Assembly: GCA_044347425.1 (NCBI GenBank)
Contig: JBIKUS010000003.1
Span: 1 to 41,927, forward strand
Source of the DNA: Vampirovibrionales bacterium
GTDB lineage: Bacteria; Cyanobacteriota; Vampirovibrionia; Vampirovibrionales; JAJTHC01
Direction: 5' to 3'
DNA: 41,927 nucleotides
The position numbers were made by a program, and so were the translations under genes. Below, one piece after another: positions 1 to 7,522 of this stretch. Numbering within the stretch: the first letter of the stretch is position 1; every line of letters begins with the position of its first letter. A model generated the notes under the pieces. The model was not told where the DNA came from and did no database searches. It saw only the letters and a program-made list of their open reading frames with translations.

Positions 1-328
1 GCTTGCCACCATGCTTTAGCGCAGGGGCCAGCAACATCGTTAGGGGGGCAGTGGTGGGCATAGTTCAGCTTGGCAAGCAAAACATCTTTAACATCGGTAT
101 AGCTACCATCTAAAGTGGCGGAATACAGGGCTTGGTGTACGGCACTTGTGGTGGCTTTAAGCTTGGCTTTATTGCTTGCCCACGTCATGTGGGTAATCAC
201 ACCAGGCAGGGTAAGCGCAGCAATTACCCCTAAAATGCTTAGGGAAATCAGCAATTCGCTTAGGGTAAAGCCCTTTTTTCTGCTAGGCTTTTTGAGGCTT
301 GAGGCTTGAGGCTTGAGGCTTGAGGCAT
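1..328 (-). pseudogene. Prepilin-type N-terminal cleavage/methylation (type IV pilin-like) gene, frameshifted in a 7-bp repeat; runs off the left edge
   Basis: Manual translation of the minus strand gives ...RKKGFTLSELLISLSILGVIAALTLPGV..., a class III signal peptide (G|FTLxE), open to position 1. The ATG at 328 follows an AAAGGA RBS (344-339) but is out of frame with this domain; the in-frame stretch up to the stop at 434-432 contains no ATG. Confidence 0.8.
292..326 (-). repeat. Heptanucleotide tandem repeat (GCCTCAA)x5
   Basis: TTGAGGC occurs 5 times without mismatch on the + strand, directly after the pilin ATG on the - strand. Confidence 0.97.
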
Positions 329-391
329 TGCTTGGCGATCCTTTCGTGGGGTTGGGTGTGTTGGTGTTATCGTACCATGGCCTCGCCAGCT

Positions 392-649
392 TTAGGGTAA
401 CTTGCTGAGTGTTACAACAAGTAACGTAGCCCTACCCTTAGGCGTTTTAGCCCCTGTAGACAAGCCCCCATGCAACCGACACCGCCCATTGCCCATGGCA
501 GGTTGCAAACACGCCCCACCCGCCCTTGTGAAGGCTCCACAACGCTTGGTGTGGCCTAGGTTGTAGGGTTGGTTGCCATTGCGTAGTACCCACACCTTGC
601 CGTTGTTTTTCTCACTGGGCATGGGGTCATTGTTAAAAAATGGTTTCAT
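392..649 (-). CDS. HGGxSTG domain protein, C-terminus possibly truncated
   Basis: RCGAFTRAGGACLQPAMGNGRCRLHGGLSTGAKTPKGR matches the HGGxSTG family motif. Confidence 0.85.
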   Translation of the reverse strand: MKPFFNNDPMPSEKNNGKVWVLRNGNQPYNLGHTKRCGAFTRAGGACLQPAMGNGRCRLHGGLSTGAKTPKGRATLLVVTLSKLP

Positions 650-661
650 ACCCCACCCCCC

Positions 662-1195
662 CTAGGCTTTTTGAGCTACCAGCACTTGGCTACCCGCTTC
701 GGCCTGTACGTGTTGGTGTACTACCTGCACGGTTTGCTTGCCTCCATTGCGTAGCTTGTGGAAGGCTTCGGCTTGCTTGGCAAAGGTACAAGCCAGTTGG
801 TTAAATTGCTTTAGGTAGGCGGTAGACTGGCTAAGGTACTCTGCCCTAGAGGCTTTGGCAGAGGCTTCTATGGTGTGGTGATGCACGGCAAGCATCTGTT
901 GGGCGAGCATGGCCTCAGTGGGGTTTTGTGGAGCGAGGGCTTGCACAAAGGCCGTAGCGTTGTTGATGGTTAGCCCGATGTTTTGAGCATCCTTACCACT
1001 GGTGAGTATACCCTGATAGCCAGCCAGTAACAGAGCTAGCCCTATATCTTGCGTGCCAAAGCTATCGCAAAGGGTGTGTAGAGGTTGGGTGTCGTTTTGG
1101 GCGTGCCTTAACTGGCACTCTTTGGTGTCTAGGTTGACGGTAAACAGGTTAAGCTCTTGCAGGGGTGGGGCTTCGGTAGGCAGGGCTTGGGGCAT
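662..1195 (-). CDS. Hypothetical island protein adjacent to HGGxSTG
   Basis: 177-aa ORF with PQNPTEAMLAQQMLAVH and GKQTVQVVHQHV segments that resemble island proteins found upstream of HGGxSTG genes. Confidence 0.7.
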   Translation of the reverse strand: MPQALPTEAPPLQELNLFTVNLDTKECQLRHAQNDTQPLHTLCDSFGTQDIGLALLLAGYQGILTSGKDAQNIGLTINNATAFVQALAPQNPTEAMLAQQMLAVHHHTIEASAKASRAEYLSQSTAYLKQFNQLACTFAKQAEAFHKLRNGGKQTVQVVHQHVQAEAGSQVLVAQKA

Positions 1196-1412
1196 GGTGT
1201 AGTGTCTCTCATGAAGGGGTGGGAGGCACTACCAGTTTAGCATAGGGTGGGCTTTGTCTCGTTAAAAGCGATAGCAAAGCGTTCTCTGTATTGAGTATTA
1301 AAGACATTTTGTAGGCTTTGACTTAGCAAACTTGATGATTTAACCCTATGGCGGGGTATTGTCATGGTGTATAGTTTTACTTTGTTCTCTCTAATGCTTA
1401 TGTAATGGAGCC

Positions 1413-4400
1413 ATGGTCATGCCTCAAGATAAACCCCTTGTACTTGCTTTTGATATGGGTAAAGCCTCGTTGGGGCTGTGTGTGCGAGATGATGACGAGC
1501 TACTTGCGCTTGAATCGGTGGATATCCCTGTTGAACACGCCATGACGACCGAGTTGCGAAGCCGAACCCACATGACCCGCACCCGAGACTGCCACACCCA
1601 GCGAGAAAACTGGTTTATGGAGGCACTTTGGCTGAAAGCTGGCCTCCCCGATTTTAGGGAGGATGCTGTGTGGGACGAGCTAGTAAAGCCCACCCTCGCC
1701 CCCAGCTATACGGGTGATGTTAAACTCCGTACACGTGAGTTCCCCAAGGGTGGGGACGAGACCAACTTTAATAGCCCGCTGTTGCGTATTGCCCTGCTTG
1801 AAGGCGAGGACTTAGCCCCTTGGCAGGTGTGGAAGGCACTGTGGTCGGCAATTCAAAAGCGAGGCTTCCACTATTATGATTGGAAGAGCGTCCCCGCTGA
1901 CTTTGAGAGTGTGGATGCTAACATTGGTGAACTGCTGGCTAAAAAACAAGAACTCACCGACAAGCTGGACGAGATAGAAACTGCTAAAAAGCTCACCAAA
2001 AACAAAGACGAAAAAGCCGAACTTACCGAAGAGATAAAAGCCCTCAAGGAGGAGGTGAAGGCTTGGAACGCTGAATACGGCGAAGTCATTGAGCAGATGA
2101 CTCATTACAAAAAAAACCTGCTTGAGCGTGTTTACCTTGATGAATACACCTACCCCTGCTACATGGAAGCAGCTCGGCTTGGACTTTGGGAGGTGAATCC
2201 CATTACCAACCGTGGGCAAATCTTCAGCTTTAAACAAGGCAACCAGCCTCAAGCCTTGGCTCAAAACGAGCGGTTGGTGCCACGAGCCTACCGCATAAAA
2301 GAACTCAAATCCCTGTGGAGCCAAGCGCAACGCCTGCTCACTCAGCTACAAGCCTTTGAAGTTGACTATCTGCTTTTTGGCGAGGCCAAGGCTCCCTATG
2401 CTACAGTGTGGCAACGCACGCTCAAGGCACACAGGGGTAAAGGTCCCAACTACCTCTTTCGTCGGCGGGGCGATGCCCGCCTACCCATTGCCGTAGACGA
2501 ACCCAACCGCTTTATCGACACGCAAGGCGTGCTGGGGCAAAAGGTGCCTCGGTTTGACAACCGTATTATTGCCAAGTGCCAACTGATGCCTACCCGTAAC
2601 GTGTGCAACGCTAAAGACCCGCTGGCCAGCAAAGTTGGCTTAATGCTACAGCTTAAAAACACACGTTTTATTGATAGCGACGGCGTTGTTAGGCAAGCTG
2701 GCCTTACCCCCGCCGAGTTTAACACCCTGATTGAGGCGGTGCATCCGCTACTCAACGACAAGGGCGAGGTGACGTATACCAAGTTTGTCAAAGCATTAGA
2801 AGATACACTTAAAGCCCACGGCACGGGACTAAGCCACCTGCAACACCCCGCTTTAAAAGAGAACATTAAAGTCAACATCAGCGGACGTTCTAGGTTTTGT
2901 CGGCCTGCGCTCAAGGTGATTCATTACACCCTCACCCACGGCGATGCCTTCCCCAACATTGACCCGTTGACGGTGACATACGAGGGCAAGGCAGTGGTCA
3001 ATGCCAGCCATCCGCAAGGGGTGACGGCTGAGGAAGTGGTAAAAACCCTCAAACGCCTAGGCACAAGCTGGGAGAGTTTTTCCGTAGGCGACGACCGAGA
3101 CGATACCTTTGCCTTGGGGCAAGCGTTACAAACCAACGAGGCTCGTCGCCATGCGGTGATGAAACTACTGGGGCGGAGTAACAACCCCATTGTGCGAAAC
3201 CGTATGCTCATTTTTTACAACAAACTCGTTAAGTTAGAGGCCAACCTCACCGCCAAGGGCTATAACGTGCGCCAAGATGCCAAGGTGATTATTGAGTTTA
3301 TCCGTGGGGCAGACAGCGGTTTTGACGGTAAGAAAAAAGGCGACGAGTGGACGAAACACATCAACGCCAACGAAAAAGAAAACGAAGAACTCCTCAAAGA
3401 ACTGAGAGAAAACGGCCTGCCTGATGCCTACAGGTTACGCCTAAAGTTGTTTAAGCAACAACGTGGCCAGTGCGCTTACACCCTTGACACAGAGAAGGCC
3501 AAGCTCTCTATTACAGACTTGGGTAGTTACGAGATTGACCATATTTATCCCTTCTCCTTGGCCTTTTCTTCTGATGCGGTATGGAACAAGGTACTGGTGC
3601 GCCGAGAAGCCAACCAAGACAAAGCCAAGCAAACCCCCTACCAATGGCTACACGGTCAAAAAGGCGAAGCCGTATGGCAACAATTTATAGCCAAGGTAGA
3701 AGCCATGTACGCCAAAGACGACAAATCAACGACTAAAAAGAAAGCCCTGCTCACTTCGCCCAACCCCGAAAAGCAGATGGAGAAATATACGGGCTTGGCC
3801 GAAACCGCTACCATGGCACGGCTAGCGCAACAGGTGCTGGGATTGCACTTTGCTTGGCCTCTGCAGGTAGAAGGGCAAGACCGCCGTATTTTTGTGAGCG
3901 ATGGGGCTTGGACGAGCCGTATACGTAGCCGTTATGACCTTGGCCGTTTACTGTTGGATAACGAGAAAGAATGTGCGTTAGATAACGCCATTGCCAAACA
4001 ACGAGAAAACTACCAACGCCGCCGAGAAGCCATCCGCTTTAACGACACGGCCACAGTACAAGCCATGGAGACGACGATAAAGGAACAGGCCGACATCCTT
4101 AAAAAGCTGCACAAAGACCGTACCAACAGTAAACACCATGCGCTAGATGCGTTTTGCATCAGCTTTAGCCAAGACGTTCGCCCCTCAAAAGATGAACGGG
4201 GTAGGCCAAAGTTAAAACCTAGTGGCGAACAAGAATGGACGTTGCTCAACGAGGACAGCTTCCTTACGTTTAAGCAGGCCTTACCCGCTTACATGGAGGC
4301 ATTGTTCCCCCAGCCGTATTGCCGTAATAAAAGTAAGCTAGCTTTAGAAGAAACGATTTATGGTTACAGAAAAGCCCTACGCTCTATGGTGGTACGTAAA

Positions 4401-5042
4401 CCTCTTTTTGACTTACTAAAGGATGCCGACGATAAAAAAATCAAGAACCTATCGCTTGTTGATAAAGCGATAGAGGAGGATTTAAAAGCCCATCACAAAA
4501 CAATAGCCACTAAAAAAGAATGGAATGAGTTTCTGGAAACTTACCCTCATCCGACAAGAGGTAATAGAGTTAAAGCGGTTAAAATTATCCCCATGGCTGA
4601 AGTTGACTTTATGGGCTACGGCACAGGTAACAGGTCACGCTTTGGCGAATTACAAGATATGGGTAATGGCCAAACCAAGGGGCAATATAAAAAAGCGGCT
4701 GCACACAATGGGCAGATTGTCTACCAAGACAAACAAGGCAAATGGAATGTATTTACAGTGCCTGCTTTTATGAGTGAGCTTGAGGCAAGAGCCACCTTAG
4801 CATCTAGGGGAATTAAAACCTTATTTTCAAATGGAGACCTTCTTTACCCATCCTTAACTGTAAGAGTTAAGCAGATGTTTTTAGGCCCCAAAGGTATTAT
4901 GATGAAAGCTGGTTTGTATACTTGGAAAACCATGAATCACTTAGGTTATTGTATCATTGAGGATGCTAATGGGTTTAGCCCTTCAGGTATTGCTATTGCA
5001 AAGCTCATAAGTGTAGGACTTGAAATTGTAAAAACACCATGA
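1413..5042 (+). CDS. cas9: Type II CRISPR RNA-guided endonuclease Cas9 (divergent, II-C-like)
   Basis: RuvC-I LAFDMGKASLG; Arg-rich bridge helix; RuvC-II VIIEFIR; HNH CAYT...YEIDHIYP...NKVLV...ANQDK; RuvC-III HHALDA; adjacent cas1, cas2 and array. Confidence 0.93.
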   Translation: MVMPQDKPLVLAFDMGKASLGLCVRDDDELLALESVDIPVEHAMTTELRSRTHMTRTRDCHTQRENWFMEALWLKAGLPDFREDAVWDELVKPTLAPSYTGDVKLRTREFPKGGDETNFNSPLLRIALLEGEDLAPWQVWKALWSAIQKRGFHYYDWKSVPADFESVDANIGELLAKKQELTDKLDEIETAKKLTKNKDEKAELTEEIKALKEEVKAWNAEYGEVIEQMTHYKKNLLERVYLDEYTYPCYMEAARLGLWEVNPITNRGQIFSFKQGNQPQALAQNERLVPRAYRIKELKSLWSQAQRLLTQLQAFEVDYLLFGEAKAPYATVWQRTLKAHRGKGPNYLFRRRGDARLPIAVDEPNRFIDTQGVLGQKVPRFDNRIIAKCQLMPTRNVCNAKDPLASKVGLMLQLKNTRFIDSDGVVRQAGLTPAEFNTLIEAVHPLLNDKGEVTYTKFVKALEDTLKAHGTGLSHLQHPALKENIKVNISGRSRFCRPALKVIHYTLTHGDAFPNIDPLTVTYEGKAVVNASHPQGVTAEEVVKTLKRLGTSWESFSVGDDRDDTFALGQALQTNEARRHAVMKLLGRSNNPIVRNRMLIFYNKLVKLEANLTAKGYNVRQDAKVIIEFIRGADSGFDGKKKGDEWTKHINANEKENEELLKELRENGLPDAYRLRLKLFKQQRGQCAYTLDTEKAKLSITDLGSYEIDHIYPFSLAFSSDAVWNKVLVRREANQDKAKQTPYQWLHGQKGEAVWQQFIAKVEAMYAKDDKSTTKKKALLTSPNPEKQMEKYTGLAETATMARLAQQVLGLHFAWPLQVEGQDRRIFVSDGAWTSRIRSRYDLGRLLLDNEKECALDNAIAKQRENYQRRREAIRFNDTATVQAMETTIKEQADILKKLHKDRTNSKHHALDAFCISFSQDVRPSKDERGRPKLKPSGEQEWTLLNEDSFLTFKQALPAYMEALFPQPYCRNKSKLALEETIYGYRKALRSMVVRKPLFDLLKDADDKKIKNLSLVDKAIEEDLKAHHKTIATKKEWNEFLETYPHPTRGNRVKAVKIIPMAEVDFMGYGTGNRSRFGELQDMGNGQTKGQYKKAAAHNGQIVYQDKQGKWNVFTVPAFMSELEARATLASRGIKTLFSNGDLLYPSLTVRVKQMFLGPKGIMMKAGLYTWKTMNHLGYCIIEDANGFSPSGIAIAKLISVGLEIVKTP

Positions 5043-6049
5043 CCTACCATGTTATCTCACTACTTAACGAAGGAGCGTATCTCTCGGCGGATGCGGGGTT
5101 TTTAGTGTGCCAGTACAAAAACGGCACCACGCACCATATGCCCCTCGGCGACGTGCGGGCGATTATCGCCGCTCACCCAGCCATTAGCTACAGCAACACC
5201 TGCCTTGCTCGCCTGCTAGCGCAAGACAGCGTGGTGCTACATTGCGACAGGCACTATAAACCCGTCGGCTGGACGGTGCCGCTGGACAGAGTGATACGAA
5301 GCACGGTGTTTGAAGGCCAACTGGCGGCCTCGCCTCACTTTAAAGCCCAGCTTTGGGATGCCCTTGTCATGGGTAAAATGCAGAACCAAGCCGATACCCT
5401 CACCCGCTTAGGCGTGGAGCATGGCCTGCATCAGCTCATCGCTCGGCCGTTAGCGTCTGAGGCGAATGTGGCTCGCTACTACTGGTCGCCGTATTTTAAG
5501 GCCATCGCCGCCGAATGGGGCAAGCGTGAGCGTAAGGGTGCCGCCAGTTTTGAGAACAAGGCACTCAATTATGGCTATGCCGTGGTGGCCACGTTGGTGC
5601 ATCGGGCGTTGTTGGTGCATGGGTTGTTACCCACGTTGGGCTTGCGCCACAAGCATCGTTACCGCAGTGCGCCCCTGGTGTACGACGCTATGGAGCCGTG
5701 CCGTGTGATTGTGGATTGGTTGTTGGCACAGTGGAAGGCGCAACCCAGCGTGGTCAAGCAACCGTGGGCAAGCTTGGGTGAGGAGGCCAGCGACGCTTTA
5801 TTTAGGGAGTGGGTGGCGTTTTTAATGCAGGGCTTGCGTGAGTGGCGGTTGGCTCCGCAGCGGGCGGGGCAGGCCGAAAAGCACACGCTGAAGTGGTTAG
5901 ATGCGCCCGACAAGCTGGCGAGAGGCTTGGCCAAGGCCTTTGAGCAAGGCGATGTGTCGACTGTTTGGCTCCCCTGTTTGACGGAAACGTATCACCACGC
6001 TGAGGGGCAGGGCTTAAGTGATGACGACGACGAGCCGATAGACGACTAA
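5039..6049 (+). CDS. cas1: CRISPR-associated integrase Cas1 (type II)
   Basis: EANVARYYW, NKALNYGYAVV, LGLRH and LVYDAMEP motifs; ATGA overlap with the cas9 stop. Confidence 0.95.
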   Translation: MTYHVISLLNEGAYLSADAGFLVCQYKNGTTHHMPLGDVRAIIAAHPAISYSNTCLARLLAQDSVVLHCDRHYKPVGWTVPLDRVIRSTVFEGQLAASPHFKAQLWDALVMGKMQNQADTLTRLGVEHGLHQLIARPLASEANVARYYWSPYFKAIAAEWGKRERKGAASFENKALNYGYAVVATLVHRALLVHGLLPTLGLRHKHRYRSAPLVYDAMEPCRVIVDWLLAQWKAQPSVVKQPWASLGEEASDALFREWVAFLMQGLREWRLAPQRAGQAEKHTLKWLDAPDKLARGLAKAFEQGDVSTVWLPCLTETYHHAEGQGLSDDDDEPIDD

Positions 6050-6104
6050 CCCTTGGCTACTTTGCCTCGGGTTATGTTGCGTAGGTTAAGGCCATTGTGG
6101 TTGT

Positions 6105-6455
6105 ATGAAAAGCAGGTTTAAAGTGGGTTGGTTGCTGTGCATGTTTGATTTGCCCACCGTTGAGCGTGAAGAGCAACGGGCAGCCAACACCTTTCGTAAG
6201 GGCTTACTAGAGATGGGCTTCTTTATGCTGCAAGAGAGCGTCTACGTGCGAAATTGTGTGAGTATGGAACGCCACAAGAAGTACATGGCGGACGTTGAGC
6301 GGATAGCTCCTGATAGAGGGCTGGTCAACTTGTTCTTTATCACCGAGAGGCAGTGGCTAGACAGTAAAACGCTGTTCCTTCAGGCCATCAAGCCCAAAAG
6401 CAAACGAAAAATAGATGCTGGCGAGGCAATTCAACAGCAGATTTCGTTTTGGTAA
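6105..6455 (+). CDS. cas2: CRISPR-associated protein Cas2
   Basis: WLLCMFDLPT...FRKGLLEMGFFMLQESVYVR is the type II Cas2 pattern. Confidence 0.95.
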   Translation: MKSRFKVGWLLCMFDLPTVEREEQRAANTFRKGLLEMGFFMLQESVYVRNCVSMERHKKYMADVERIAPDRGLVNLFFITERQWLDSKTLFLQAIKPKSKRKIDAGEAIQQQISFW

Positions 6456-6459
6456 TAAT

Positions 6460-6552
6460 ATAAAAGTGTCATTCGGGATGGTACGTGACAGGCAGAGGTA
6501 CTATCCGAGTGACAATCCGTTAAGATTAGTATCGCAGGATGATTTATGGTGA
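6460..6552 (-). ncRNA. Putative tracrRNA
   Basis: Anti-repeat at 6519-6550, with an 18-nt perfect reverse complement of the repeat at 6533-6550. On the minus strand it is followed by a long stem-loop (6467-6514) and a U-rich run, and a sigma70-like promoter lies just upstream. The strand is inferred. Confidence 0.7.
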
Positions 6553-6558
6553 GCCTTT

Positions 6559-6586
6559 ATTTTAGCAGTTTCTGTGGAAGAATCAA
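6559..6586 (-). promoter_or_regulatory. Putative tracrRNA promoter TTGATT-N16-TAAAAT with extended -10 TG
   Basis: The minus strand reads TTGATT CTTCCACAGAAACTGC TAAAAT, ending 8 nt before the anti-repeat. Confidence 0.6.
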
Positions 6587-6599
6587 GAGGGTATATCCT

Positions 6600-7386
6600 A
6601 GTCTACCATAAATCATCCTGCGGGAGTCTACCATAAATCATCCTGCGGTAGAATCAAAACCCGTATAACATCGCTTGGTTGGGTTATTCGAAGTCTACCA
6701 TAAATCATCCTGCGGTAGAATCAAAACGGGCATGAACACAACGCCGACGGCCACAGAAGTCTACCATAAATCATCCTGCGGTAGAATCAAAACGCCTTTT
6801 ACGGATGCCTTTGAGAAGACAGAGTCTACCATAAATCATCCTGCGGTAGAATCAAAACGACAAGCTTCAGCTCTAGGGCATTGTCGTAAGTCTACCATAA
6901 ATCATCCTGCGGTAGAATCAAAACAAAAGACCCAAATAACAAAGAGATGTTTAGAGTCTACCATAAATCATCCTGCGGTAGAATCAAAACTTGGGTGTAT
7001 CTTTTGTAAAGTCTAGCCTTAGTCTACCATAAATCATCCTGCGGTAGAATCAAAACGGGCTATTGGATATGGGCGGGATGCGCCAAAGTCTACCATAAAT
7101 CATCCTGCGGTAGAATCAAAACCAAAAGGAATAATACCAATAGTCATAAGGTAGTCTACCATAAATCATCCTGCGGTAGAATCAAAACGCCTATGCTGTG
7201 ACTCTGAAGGTCTTACGGAGTCTACCATAAATCATCCTGCGGTAGAATCAAAACCGCAGCTCCATCGTCCAGCTAAACACTTCAAGTCTACCATAAATCA
7301 TCCTGCGGTAGAATCAAAACAGATATTGAACGCCGTCTAGCGCAAACCCAAGTCTACCATAAATCATCCTGCGGTAGAATCAAAAC
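6600..7386 (-). CRISPR. CRISPR array: 12 identical 36-bp repeats (+ strand AGTCTACCATAAATCATCCTGCGGTAGAATCAAAAC), 11 spacers of 29-31 bp, plus a 24-bp partial repeat at 6600-6623
   Basis: Full repeats start at 6625, 6692, 6758, 6823, 6889, 6955, 7021, 7087, 7153, 7219, 7285 and 7351. Minus orientation is inferred from the GTTTT start and the terminal extended -10 (TGGTAGACT). Confidence 0.98.
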
Positions 7387-7522
7387 GGGAAAGGGTAGGG
7401 GGTGTTAATCTCACCATCCCCTTGGGCTGGAACCGATGTAGGGGCTTTCTTTTCACTGTCGCAGCTTGAAAAGTAATTTTGGTAAGCCGTGGTTAAAAGT
7501 TCTCTGGTGTTGGCGTATGACC

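Noticed and set aside
115-309. 64-aa + strand hydrophobic ORF
   Set aside because: It is the antisense shadow of the pilin-like gene.
416-432. Short matches (AACAAGTAACGT to ~39556; TAACGTAGCCC to repeat copy A) near the putative island end
   Set aside because: These are only 11-12 nt and compatible with chance.
6675-7016. 113-aa ORF with repeated STINHPAVESK
   Set aside because: It is a translation of the CRISPR repeats, not a gene.
6661-7350. Self-targeting spacers or duplicate spacers
   Set aside because: By eye I found no protospacer in this window and no repeated spacer; a proper search is still needed.
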